From NCBI RefSeq assembly GCF_009914755.1, contig NC_060947.1: 64,000 nt of DNA; one strand, 5' to 3'. The translations under genes were made by a program, and so were the position numbers. Origin of the DNA: the human T2T-CHM13v2.0 reference genome, Homo sapiens. The notes under the pieces are model-generated. The model saw nothing but the letters and a program-made list of their open reading frames with translations, searched no databases and was not told the DNA's origin. Shown piece by piece: positions 13,293-27,372 of this stretch; position 1 is the first letter of the stretch; each line of letters begins with the position of its first letter.

Positions 13293-13610
13293 GCCGGGCG
13301 CGGTGGCTCACGCCTGTAATCCCAGCGCTTTGGGAGGCCGAGGCGGGCGGATCACGAGGTCAGGAGATCGAGACCATCCTGGCTAACATGGCGAAACCCT
13401 GTCTCCACTAAAAAAAAAAAAAAAAATGCAAAAATTAGCCTGGCCTGGTGGCGGGCACCTGTAGTCCCAGCTACTCGGGAGGCTGAGGCAGGAGAATGGC
13501 ATGAACCCGGGAGATGGAGCTTGCCAGCGAGCCGAGATGCGCCACTGCACTCCAGCCTGGGCGACAGACTGAGACTCCGTCTCAAAAAAAAAAAAAGAAA
13601 GAAAGAAAGA
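13293..13610 (+). mobile_element. AluY with expanded mid-A linker and (GAAA)n tail
   Basis: gatcacgaggtcaggagatcgagaccatcctggctaac; TSD aagaattcttgca (13280-13292, 13611-13623). Confidence 0.95.
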
Positions 13611-14799
13611 AAGAATTCTTGCATCTCAGGCATGGCCAAGAAGCATATTGCCCTTCATCCTTTCTCAAATACCATAGAATTGGCTCTGACCTCACCTCAG
13701 TTTACTTATGTTTCTTAAGCTATAAGATGATTTGTAAGATCCCATTCACACTTAGTATCCTATGGTTATAAAGACATTCTCTTGATAGTTATTTGACATG
13801 GTGTACACATTGGATCAATTTCTTTGGTGAAAACAGTCTCGCCATGACCTTGATGTGCCATTTGATGTTCTTGGAAATACCGTTCCTCTACTGTTAACAG
13901 TAAAGTTTCAAAGAAAATAGATTCCCAGATTATTTCAAACTCATTAATATAGGAATAATATTTTTAATTCTTCAAGATGATAAGATTTTACACATTTTGA
14001 TGCCAGTAAATAATTTTGTGATAAAAGCAAACACCTGGTTTGCTAGAAAATATTGGCATTCCGCAAGCCTAAATTCATTAGAGAGGAATTCCACGTGCAT
14101 CGCCTCTGAGCTGCAGCTCCTGTGAACTGAAAAAACTGCTAGTTAATGTCTCAGAAGTTATTAGGAAATGTAAAGTACATACAATTGTCAGTGCTTCAAA
14201 AATAGAGATAACATCTTAGTCCTTATGTAGCCCCCATAGTTAGCTGGAGCTTGGACATATTAGGAAGTCAATAAGAATACTGACAAACTGGCATGTAAGT
14301 CAGGTTTGCCTGCATCAGGTTTGAAAATTATTCTATTTTAGAATAATCTTATTTATCCTATCGTTTCTCAACTAAATTGATGTGTAGTCCATAGATTTCT
14401 TACCTTTGCTTTATATTCCTTTAGAGCTGTGATGCAAGCTAAATCATTTTTGGGGAAAATAACTTCTTAAACATTTTTGTTGTTGTTAATGCTTCGGATG
14501 GGCAGTTATTGTCTGAACATCATCAAGGCACAAGCAACTGACTGTAGCATCCATATTTTTTTGACAGTTTTCATTGCTTATGTGTTCCAAGAGCTGCCTA
14601 CAGGATTTCTTTCCTTATATGAGAAATATTGTAATGATACTCAATTATGTATAAGAGCAAGATTCCTGACTTGACTAAATACAACTACTTTAGTATTCAC
14701 TATTTAAACTACGTGGCTTTTTAATAAGTAAATCAACATTAAAAAGTGAATAGGAGATTGCAATTTAGTTTTCTTAGAAAAGCTTGACTATTTTTATTA

Positions 14800-15155
<356 letters not shown>

Positions 15156-15247
15156 TATTATTATAATTGAGGTGAATTAATTGACATCTATATTTATGAA
15201 ATAACTATGAATAATACAAGATGGCCACTTGAAGGTATGCCCTAAGA

Positions 15248-15462
15248 CAGGGGTCTGCAAACTTTTCCTGAAGGGACCAGATAGTACATATTTTAGGCTT
15301 GTGGGATACACAAATTTAGTGCTACTACTATCTACTATCTTCTGCCTTTGTAGCACAAAAGCAGTGATAGTCAATACTGAATGCAAAAATATGTGCGTGG
15401 CTTTGTTCCAATAAAACTTTCTTTACAATAAATAAGGATGGGCCATAGTTTGTTGACCCCTG
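15248..15462 (+). mobile_element. MER58A (hAT-Charlie)
   Basis: TIRs caggggtctgcaaact...agtttgttgacccctg; 8-bp TSD ccctaaga/ccctaata. Confidence 0.9.
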
Positions 15463-16619
15463 CCCTAATAAATTCATTGACTTGGCCTAATTTTAAGAAT
15501 CATATAATTTTAATAAAAGTCTGTTAAGTTTCTTTATATAATTTGTAACATCAGTAATATTTTTAAGAAAAATGTAAGTCATCTGAAAGTATAACCTAAG
15601 TAAATTTTATTTGATGATTTGAATGGAAATACATGATGATTTTTTCTTATATTTGATTTAAATATATTGATCTAAACCTACCTGTTCTTACCATAAGCCT
15701 AGCTATTATAAAAATTATACAATAACTTAATTTTTAAAAATTATTTTCCCTAGAATGTACTGGACTCTTGGACAAATACCTCCTTATTATTGAACTTTGG
15801 GCTAAATGACTGCAAAATAAATGTTTGGTCTTGATTTAGCTAAGTGTCTTCAAACTACACAATTCTATATTTCTGTGAGTGTCATATCATTTGCCGGTAG
15901 GACTGGTGCCCTTGTTTGTTGTGTTGTTTTAAAACTCTCTCATTGAGAATGTCACTTCTCCAAGTGATCATATTCTTTTTGAAAGTCACTTCTAGTTTCT
16001 ATATAAAAAATGTCTTCTAAAATCAATACCAGTGAAAGTTAATCAGTGATATAATGATTACAGGATGCCTTATTTATCATTGGAAGGCTAAGATGGTTAT
16101 CTCTGTGATGATCCTTCCATGTGATTTGAAAGGACAGAGGGGTAGCTTTTTCTGGCCATGCCACTTCTAATTTGTAAAATGCCCCCATTATAACTCTTAT
16201 GTAAGAAGGCAGCCTGCCTTTATTGCCATATCCTAAAAAGATTCGTTAGTATTATGCCCAAGTGCTCAGTATTTCACCAGCCCTGCTCCCGTCTTAAATT
16301 TATTATAGATTCGACATTGTCATAAAGGGCATAATTAGAAAATCATCTCACGTCTCATCTCATTATGTAATTGTGCATAAGGAAACAATCATTTTAAAAT
16401 ATAAAGAAGAAAGATTTGGGTCATGCAGCTGCTTCCTAAATGTTATATTTTTATTTCCATTGCGTCTGTTTTTCCTCATTGAAGTGCAGAGATTACTCAT
16501 ATTGAGATACAACTATTTTTCCGCAACTGAGTCTTCAATGCCTGCTATTTTATTAGCCCCAAATAAGAGATGATTGGAAGTGTATCAATGCAAGTGGCAA
16601 GTGAGAATCAGCAGGTTCA

Positions 16620-17175
16620 TTCTTCATAAACCCTTCTGTAGAGCATGCTCATGTTTCTGGTAACTGGCTTTTCTTTCTGCTCCTCTTTTTGAGTGGTTAC
16701 AGTGGAAGCAACCACATTTTTACAAGGTGACCATATCTCACCCATAGAGATGAAGACAGAGGTTTGCTCATTACATAAGCTGAATTAATATAAGTCCATT
16801 CTCAGGATTTTAAAGTTGGAACTAGAAAATATTCACCCACTGAAACTCTGAGCTCTTAAGTAAAAGTGATGCAAACTCACAAGCTGTTGGCAGAAGTTGT
16901 TTTCTGATATGTTGTTTTTAAAAATAGAAATATTATTCTAAAAAGAGAGAGAAGAAGGAAGAATGAAACACACACAGAGAGACAGAGTTTTGATATGAAA
17001 AATCAACGTCTTGTTTCTCTACAGTGTTTGGATCAGTGGTTCCAGTTCACCCCATTACTCAGCTGGATCTCTGCCTTTGGGTTGTGTGAGATAGCTGTGT
17101 ATATGTTTAATAAGCTCACTTTTGCTAAACTTAGTTCAAATGGGTTTCCATAACTTTGAACTGAAAAACTAATTG
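16620..17175 (+). mobile_element. Old MaLR LTR remnant (MLT1J/K/L-like)
   Basis: 3' end ...aataagctcacttttgctaaacttagttcaaatgggtttc...; heavily diverged. Confidence 0.4.
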
Positions 17176-17344
17176 TGAAGTTTATTTCATACTCTACACA
17201 GCCTTTATAATATAGAATGTAAATATAACGCCTACGTAACTGTTCTCTCACAAAGTTTGATGGTAAATTATTAAAAGGAATTAATTACTCATGAGATACT
17301 CCCCAGAGAAAAAGACCACAAAAAGTTCATATGTATGTATTAAG

Positions 17345-17560
17345 TTATTTATTTTTAATAATTTTTGGGTCACTTCTGTGAGCCAGGCAACAGTGATAAG
17401 TAGGCAACAGTGAATAAATACAAAAGTGAATGTCTAGTTTGTTGGGGGAGAGATGTATTAACCAAATAATTACCCAGATTAGCAGATGATTTTAAAATGT
17501 GGCAAATGCTGTGAAGGAGGGGTGAGGGACAGTGAGCCAGGTAGAAGAGGCTGTACGTGA
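17345..17560 (-). mobile_element. L2 fragment
   Basis: cacttctgtgagccaggcaacagtgataag...aacagtgaataaatacaaa...ggcaaatgctgtgaagga. Confidence 0.5.
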
Positions 17561-18312
17561 AGGCCCTATGGCAAATGCAAACAAAGCATTTCGGCATTGA
17601 TAATCGGAAGGGTTTTTGGTTTTGGTTTTGGTTTTGGTTTTCCAGAAAGCCATTTATTAATTAGGTTGGAAAAGCATTGTTTCTGTTTCCTGTTCATCAT
17701 ATTTAGCTTTTATGTCAGAAGAGCATTTTTGTTTTTGTTTCAAATGTGTTTCAAGTCACCTAAAACCCTCTGTCCTTAACATTATTCAAGAAAGTATGTA
17801 ATGTACAATGTTATTTACACCATCGATTTGTTTAACGAACTCTCTCTTTGTAGTCAATGCCAAAGAAAATTTCGTCTCACGTATATTCATGGTTTCCTGA
17901 TGGATTGACCAGTAAGTTACTGAAGTCCTACTTAGTGTGATGTGACTGTGGTGGTGTTCCATCACATTATTCTAAGCCATTCTCAGCCCCATCTAACCCC
18001 GGTGGTATTCAGCAAAGGCATACAAGCCCAGAACCATGGGAATGTTCATCTCCATCAGAATTAATAGGAAAAGACACTTTAGTAACTGTCTTTAGTAAGA
18101 TACACTTAGGGGAGCAGCGTGAAGTAACTCTCTTGGACTAGCATCCCTCTGTTCTTAAACTGCCACCAATGCTACTGTAACATTGCAGTCATATTCTAAT
18201 AAATGGTGTCAAGCATAGAAGAGAGAAAAATTCTACTTTTGTGACTTCTCCTGATTTCTGAGTGCTGTATGCATGAACTATTTACCTGTGTACACAAACA
18301 GCTGTACATTTA

Positions 18313-18326
18313 GTTGCCATGGCAAT
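18313..18326. promoter_or_regulatory. Near-perfect palindromic RFX X-box motif
   Basis: GTTGCCATGGCAAT, 13/14 match to GTTGCCATGGCAAC. Motif match only; binding untested. Confidence 0.45.
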
Positions 18327-18929
18327 GCTTATCTGTTATCTTTACAGGGAACAAAATGGTACTTTAACCACAGTTGACTCATCCCGTGAGGTAAAATTGA
18401 TAAAGCTGCCTTTCTTAACTTTCAGCCAGAATGCTTCAGTTGGCAAAAGTTGGTTGTTTTTGTTCTTCTTAAAGAAAGGCTACTTGTTGACAAAGGCAGG
18501 TTTAACCCCCATTCTCAATAATTGATATAGCCTCGAGCAAAGATCAAAGTTTCCTGGATATCATTGTTATAATTTACACTTAGTAACTGGACAGGAGATA
18601 TTAATAGGATGGCCATCAGAGAAATTGTGTTTTCCTGACATGTGTCTTCTTGGATTACAGGTAAGTATTGGTGAATGCGTGACACTGATAACTGCTGGTA
18701 TTATTGATGAGGGACTATCAATGATCTGATGCATAGGGTGCCCTTGATAAGAAATCTTTATTGTTCATCAGCATGTTACTGAAAAGAGTCCAGCCAATGT
18801 TAGGTATGTGAGGTTAAGAATTCCCCAGTCACTATGCAACTTGGAAATAGAAAGGACAAGTGATTCTAGGACAAATGTGAGAATCCATGTATGTATTTAT
18901 AGGCATGATACCCAGGCAGAATTATTAAT

Positions 18930-19106
18930 ATCCTCCCTTGGGCTCCCATAGCACTGTGTCCATACTTCCATCATGACACTTCACTTCAAATTAATTTTCT
19001 TTCTATCCCGTTGGGTTACTAGCTTTTTGAAGTAGATGGCGCTATTATTTTTATTGATTATCAAGTCCGAAGAAGGAAGAGCTCAATACATGCTTGTTGA
19101 ATAAAG
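18930..19106 (+). mobile_element. L2 3'-end fragment
   Basis: gctcccatagcactgtgtccatacttccatcatgacact...gctcaatacatgcttgttgaataaa. Confidence 0.5.
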
Positions 19107-20296
19107 TCTGCTTTGAGAAAGTTATGCTCATTTTGCTTTAATATTCTGCAAGAGATACAAAGAAAAGAAGGAAGGAAATCTGAGAGCTATCAGTTGACTG
19201 GATACTCGAATTGGATTACTTTTAGGGCAATGCTCTTGGTTGTGCCTAGACTTGTAATAATAGCTCTGATTTCAACTTATCTAGAAAAGCTTAAAGAAAA
19301 TAGTCCAGGACTGAGAAAGCTATTTTTCATTTTCTTAAATAATTGGCACCTTTGAAAGGCTCCAGAAACTACAGTTTTGGAAGCCTCTAGGAATAAAGAT
19401 TTCTTATTTCCTGGACCTGGCATATAGTTTTAGTAAAGGAAATGAATTATTCTAGATCCCAACCAATTGTCTTCAATCAAATAACTCCCTGACAGAAATG
19501 AGGCAAAATTTTAATCACTAATTTAACCTCTGCAATAAAATTCCTAAGAAAGAATTTTGTCAAAGGCAGAGAAAAAAATCTACAGTATCAACACTGAATA
19601 TACAAAGTGTACTAAATGTTTTTAAATCAGGAAGTATGCATCTTTTTATCTTTGGTAGTTTTTTTTTTTAATTAACAAAACTTCACCATCAAGACTCCAC
19701 TCAAATTATTGTAGGTTATCCTAGAAGTTTGAGAAATACAAATGGGATAATATAGAAAAGATTATAAAGTTTGTATTCCATGAGATTTTGCAATTTACTC
19801 TTCATTGATATAGAAACAAGTATTGAAATCTCTAAGCTATTCAAGATAGTAATATGTAGTGTATTTGGGAAAGTGAAATTACAGCACACAAGCATTATCT
19901 CAGTTTAAAAAGTAGGTGTAGGTGGTGTGTTGCATAGCTTAATGTTTGTCTTCTGAAGAAATGCATTTAGTTCCCATTCTTTCTTGATAACCTCTATGTT
20001 ATCATATCTAATTCTTTGTGATAAAATGCACTCTGTTTTAGTTTCATGAACCACAGTCAATTTTGTTTTCCTTTGCAAACAAAGAACGAAAAGATCAAAT
20101 CTCTCTCTGTGCTAGACTGTGGATCTCTTCCTAGCTTGGGTGGCCATCCCAAAGTCATTTTTGCATCTTCCTCTCCCACTGGCCTGAAAGAGTCAACTGG
20201 AACCCGTTCAATGCTGTTTGTATTCATCAACACTTAATGTATCAGGAGGATTTTCCACCTTCTTTCCTTTAAAATATTTTATTATACCTAAATGAG

Positions 20297-20647
20297 TATC
20301 TTAGTCTGCTCAGGCTGCTATAACAAAACACCACAAAGTGGATAACCTGTAAACAACAGAAACTTCTTTCTCACTGCTCTGGAAGCTGGAAAGTCCCAGA
20401 TCAGTGTGCCAGCAGATTCAGTGTCTGGTGAGGATGTGCTTCCTCATAGACAGCCCTCCCTCACATGGTGAAGGGAGAAGGGATCTCTCTCAAGACTCTT
20501 TTGTAAGGGTACTAACTGCCTTTATGAGGACTTCATCCCTATGACCTAACCACCTCCCGAAGACTCCCATCTCCTAAAACCAGCGACTCTGGAGTGAGGA
20601 TTTCCACATATGAATTTTGGGGGGACATAAACATTTAGATCATAGCA
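20297..20647 (-). mobile_element. MaLR solo LTR, MLT1A/MLT1A0-like
   Basis: tatcttagtctgctcaggctgctataacaaaac...catatgaattttgggggga...catagca; TSD atgag/atgac. Confidence 0.85.
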
Positions 20648-20759
20648 ATGACTATATAGTAAAATTCTATTAATTCAGGTTTATTGGGAGAAAGGTGGTT
20701 TGAATTTAGTGGGAAGGACTTCGTTGCTGTAGATATCTAAATTCAAATCACCTTATTAA

Positions 20760-21139
<380 letters not shown>

Positions 21140-21490
21140 CTCTCCAGACATTATTTAAATGGATACCACTTTTAAATATTTAACTGTTCTATCTTTTTTG
21201 ACATATTAAATTTGCATTTTGACTTCTAAAAATGTAAAATGTGCATCAAAATTATACATTTTTGGTTTAAATATTTGAATCATAAATGGCCAATATTGAA
21301 AATATGTTTTTTCAATATATTGAACATTTATTCAATATATTCCTGTTCTAAGAATCTGTATAGTGATGGGTTAATACAAGTAAATGGAAGCATTAGATTG
21401 TGATCTTTAACTAAACAGGCACTTTTTGTCATTGTAATTGCCTTGGGACTAATGTATGTGACTGTTACATTTGTTTCCAACATGATTTTA

Positions 21491-21883
21491 TTTATTTATT
21501 ATTTGTATTTATTTTTTTTCCAGCTCTTGGTTGTGCTTAGACTTGTAATAATAACTCTGATTTCACCTTATCTAGAAAAGTTTCACCTTATCTATCTAGT
21601 TTCACTCTGTCACCCAGACTGGAGTGCAGTGGCACAATTAGGATTCACTGCGGCCTCAACCTCCATGGGCTCAGGTGAGCCTCCCATCTCAGCCTCCTTG
21701 GTAGCTGGGACTACATACGTGTGCCACCATGCCCAGCTATTTTTTTCTATTTTGTAATTTTTTGTAGACACAGGGTTTTGCCATGTTGCCCAGGCTGGGC
21801 TCGAACTCCTGGGTTCGGGCATTCTGCCTGCCTCGGCCCCCACAAAGTTCTGGGATTACAGGCATGACCCACCATACCTGGCC
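21491..21883 (-). mobile_element. AluJ carrying a foreign ~80-bp insertion between tail and body
   Basis: J-type body from 21600; TSD caacatgatttta (21478-21490, 21885-21897); insert at about 21520-21599. Confidence 0.9.
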
Positions 21884-21942
21884 TCAACATGATTTTATAC
21901 CTATTTGAAAAGACATGCTATATGTCATAGATATTCAGTTAA

Positions 21943-22128
<186 letters not shown>

Positions 22129-22453
22129 TTACAGCTAATTGAATCACACACACAACCACAAAACTCTATTCAAGTAATATTCAGTACAAAACTAATGGAT
22201 ACAAAAAGGAGAAGATTTAGTATTAAGGGTCAGATAGCACTGCCTTGATCTTTCCGAGAAATTATAATTATTGGCAACTGAACTTCTAGGTGTTAATTAG
22301 TGTGACAGAAAAATCAAGCCCTTTCTCACCTTACTGTGACTAATTATATAGTTATATGAGTTTTAATCTCTTCCCATTCAATCTCAAAATGGTGCCTCAA
22401 ACATGTATTTCCTCAGAAGCTTAAGGATAAGGCAGATATAGTTTTGGTTGTAA

Positions 22454-22750
<297 letters not shown>

Positions 22751-23229
22751 TGTAACTTTCAATAAACTATTTATTTCACTGAATTCTAGGCTTCTGAGGG
22801 TGTATACTGATATGTGGGCAGTGGAAAAATACATATAAAAATTAAAATGTTTTATGTTCATAAGATCATAAGAATGTTATTACTCTGGTGATACTGAAGT
22901 CCAATGAATCTGAAATAGCATTCTTAATCTTATGCTGACGGTGTCTTGTTAGCTTTGTCATCTGTGTAGGCAAGGAGGAACCTCACGGTCAGTCACTTCA
23001 GCAAATCTGAGCTTTACGTGGGTGATAGTTTCAGGAGTAGAAAGGAATCATGTCATTTTTTTCACTCTTTTCCAAACCTTTATGGTGATGTAATATTGAA
23101 CGAATTTACAGACACTAATGATTTTATGTCTGTCAATCCTATCTCACAAATATTTGTCTGCTACATGATACCCATTCTTAATGATAACACCAGCAAGATA
23201 CCTAACCTTCAGAAATACTCTCAAGCTTT

Positions 23230-23760
23230 GCTACTGGGATTGTATATTAGTAATATCATTTTTAAAAACTGTCAGTATCTAATAAGGTTGAACATATATA
23301 ATTCATCCTTTTCTTTCCTAGGTATATTTCCAACAGAAACATATACAATATACACGAGTATGTTCATAGTAGCACTATTGGTAATAGGCCAAAATTTTTA
23401 ACTACCTAAAGGTCCATCAACAGTAGAATAAATTGTGATACATTCACATAATGGAATAACTTACAGCAATAAAAATAAATGAGTTCCGATTTCACACAAC
23501 AATATGAGTGACTCTCACAAACATAATATTATGTGAAAGAAGCCAGAAAAAAAGAGTATATAATATATGATTTCATTTACCTAAATTTCCAAAACAGTAA
23601 AATTAATCAATATTATTAGAAATCAGAATAGTACTTACCTTTGCTGAGAAGAGGTGGAATGGAAACAGAAGAGAAGAGCTTCTGGCATGTTGATCTAATG
23701 TTCTATTTCTGAATCTGGTTGGTAGTTATGTGTGTATGTTCAGTTTGTGACAATTTATCG
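23230..23760 (+). mobile_element. L1ME-family 3' region
   Basis: atgttcatagtagcactattggtaatag...gtccatcaacagtagaataaattgtg...tgaaagaagccaga. Confidence 0.7.

Positions 23761-23812
<52 letters not shown>
23761..23812 (+). repeat. (AT)5(AC)17(AT)4 compound microsatellite
   Basis: Direct read. Confidence 0.9.
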
Positions 23813-23844
23813 GATAGATTGAACTCAAATATTTAATTTGTGCT

Positions 23845-24291
23845 TATATTAGTTTCCCAGGGCTGCTGTAACAAATTACCACAAGCTGGGTGGCTTGAAA
23901 CAACAGAAATTTATTCCCTCACAGTGCTGATGGCCAGAAGTCTGAAATAAAAGTTTTATCAGGGTTGTTTAATTCTGGAGGCTTGTGGAGAGAATCTGTT
24001 CTATGCCTGTATTCCTAGCGTCTAGTGTCTGTCAGCAATCTTTGTTATTCATTGGCTTATAGATGTATCACTCCAATCTTTGCCACCTTTTCCACATGAT
24101 CTTCCTTCCTGTGTTCTCTTCTCTTCTGTCTCTGATAAGGCCACTGGCCACTGGTTTTACCCAGCACCCATCTGGGTAATTGAGATTTTTAACTTAATTA
24201 TATCCACAAGGGCGCTTTTTTCCAAATAAGGTCACATTCACAGGTTCCTGGGTGACATGCCATTTTGGGGGCTACTAATTAATCCACTACA
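23845..24291 (-). mobile_element. MaLR solo LTR, MLT1B/C-like
   Basis: tatattagtttcccagggctgctgtaacaaattaccaca...ccaaataaggtcacattcacaggttcc...ccactaca; TSD gtgct/gtgtt. Confidence 0.85.
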
Positions 24292-24295
24292 GTGT

Positions 24296-26050
24296 TCCTT
24301 CCCCAAACCCCACAGAAATCATGATAGCGGAAATATAAAAATATTGTACAGACAAGAAGATTTAAGAAGGGTTAAATACAGATGAGATAGGTTCAAGATT
24401 TTGAAAGATCGTGAGTCGATATTACTTGATTCAGCAAAATGCAGGAATTAAAGTTAGTTGCCAGTGCGAAGCAACTCAGGCAGTCTCAGGATCTGGAGAT
24501 ACGAGGTACTTCTGGATTCAGGGGTAAAGGCTGGGGCTTAACATAGTAAATTTGGTTAACAATCCACTTAAGAAAGTTAAAGTCTTAGATCAATGTCCCC
24601 ACTCTGGGCATCAAGTGAATATAACCATCCCATATTGAGGCAGAAAGAAAAGATAATTACAGCTTTATAAAAAAAATAAAACAGAGAGGAGTCAAAGTGG
24701 CTCTGGACTAGTGGACATGAAGAATTGCTGAGGGAGGGTGAGTTACTGTACTCAAACAAGGAAGTAAAGAAGCAGCCTATAATTTTAATGGTGTAGACTC
24801 CCTCCTACCACCCCTCTATGCTTATCTACCAGGACCCTGGCAGTTGGGCTCATACCCTAGTCACGAGATTCTTCTCAGCAGAAAACACTCCAACCCAAGA
24901 GAAAAGACCTGCCTTTGGTGTGGGTGTGGTGATGGTGGTGGTGGCAGGGGGTGTCTCCAAATGAAAATATCAAAACTTCCCTGATCTCATACCCTGGAGT
25001 TCAATTAGCAATCACCATCCTTCTGCACACAAAGCTTCCATTCAGCTTTTCATTACCTCACTTATAAATAGCAGTGGTCAGCCAAGAGTTACAAGATATT
25101 TGAGGAAAGCTTGCATTGTAAAAGACAGAGATTTTTTAAAAATGAGTGTACAGATAAAACGAACTATTAGAAAATAAAGGCTATTCAGGGAGATGAAAAC
25201 TTCAAAAAATTACAATGAATATTCTCAAATACATTAAAGAAGCACTTTATAACATCCAGAATGCTATAAAAATGAACATTGAGGGAACTAATAAGAACTC
25301 TTGAGAGAATAAAATATTATGGCATAAATCCCCCAGAAGGTAGAATAAATTATCAAAGAGATGACAAGATTTTTTTCAAAGGAGGATTGATACAGGAGGT
25401 CTGGTTAATAGGAATTTTGAATACCTGAAAAAAATGAGAGAAATAGAGAAGGGGGAAATTATCAAATAAGTGATGCAAGAAAAATTTATTTAATTAATAA
25501 GCCTGGTTTTCCATGTTTAAAGGGTTCAACAGGTGACCAGCAAAAGGAAATTAAGGTAACTGACATCAAGGCATAGTGGCCAGAAATGTTAGGACACCAA
25601 GGGTAAAGATTCTAAAAACTTTTCCAAAGGTGTTAGAGGAAGGTGATATACAATATGACACAAATCAGAGTACCACTGACTTCTCAGGAGCAACACTTGA
25701 AGCAAAAATCAATAAAGTAATGTCTTCAAAGTTTCGAGAGACAATTACTAATTGCTTTTCACTTATAATTCTAAATCTGAAAGATCAGATAGATAGAAAT
25801 TTTCAGGCCAACAAGTTCTCAAAAAACATAACTACAATGTATCATTTCACAAGAAAGTTCTGGAGGTTATATGTTACCAAAATGAGTGAATAAACTGGCA
25901 AAGAAGAGTTGAGAACCAGACAGCAGGGAACACATTGATAAAAAAATATATTAATTAAAGAGAAAACCTCTTGAGAGAAATGTGTGGATTATAAGCAACA
26001 GAGAAAACAGAAACAGAAATATATAGAAGAAAATCATTTTCAGTGAATTC
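24296..26050 (+). mobile_element. Ancient L1 5'/ORF1 remnant (HAL1/L1ME-like)
   Basis: cagccaagagttacaagatatttgaggaaagc; ORF 25576-25893 contains an L1-ORF1-like DFSGATLEAK motif. Confidence 0.55.
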
Positions 26051-26817
26051 AATCATTAGTAAATTTAGATGTTAAATATGTAAATGGATGCTTCCGGAAA
26101 AAAAAAAAAACCCAAAAACTAAAGATCTCTAAACAACTTGCTATATGTTTCTGCCTTTTCTATTTCTTTGATTGATATGCCCTTTCTCCATCCTCATTGT
26201 AGGTACGCTAGTCATTCAAAGACTCATCTTAAAATGTAATCCCTTCAAAAATATAGGAAGATATCCATATGTCCTTGGTTAAGGAGAGCTTTCTTAGCAT
26301 AGACCCAAAATACAGCAATAAAAATAGAAATTAAAATCTGACCACATTATAATGTTAGTCTTATAACAAAGTCTAAAGCAAAAAAAAACCATAAACATGT
26401 TTAAGAGGTAAATGACAGAGTGAAAAATTAAATTTCCAGTGGATAATATGACAAAAAATGGTATGTAAAATCTGTAAAGTTTTCTAAGTCAACAGGAAAG
26501 ATATCAAACGCAATAAAATAAACTCGTGCAAAAAATGGTCAAAGTTATAGTATTATAATTCACGGAAGATAAAATCCAATTATGAGAGGATGTTCAACTT
26601 CTACTTTTATCAGTAAACAACAACTTAAAACAATAGTGAGTTCCTATTTTTCGCCCATCAGATTGACTTTTAAAATCTGTTTATCACGTGTTAGGGAACA
26701 TATAAGGAACGTTTTAATCTCAGATATTGCCAGTAAGAGTATACATTTGCACAACCATTTTTGGAACTATTTAGCAACAGCTCATAAAATTGAAAATCTG
26801 GATGCCTTATTACAACA

Positions 26818-26945
26818 TTAATCATATAATTTATTATTCATTCTAGGACACCTTTGAACATGAAAGAGAGCACTATTAAAATGTATGCCAGAACAAAGGC
26901 ATAAACTGGAGTTATCCCAGGCCAATCTCCTATACTGTCACCCTC
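26818..26945. mobile_element. MER94-like hAT-Blackjack
   Basis: catataatttatt...ggacacctttgaacatgaaag...cactattaa...ggcataaactgg...gtcaccct. Confidence 0.6.
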
Positions 26946-27058
26946 TGTATGATCCACTTAGTGTATAGAACCTAGTTAGCTTCTTGTCCATGTGTACTAT
27001 GTGTATGTAAAGCTACTCTTTGTCACATAGTTTATAACAGCAAAAAAAATTAGGAACA

Positions 27059-27372
<314 letters not shown>

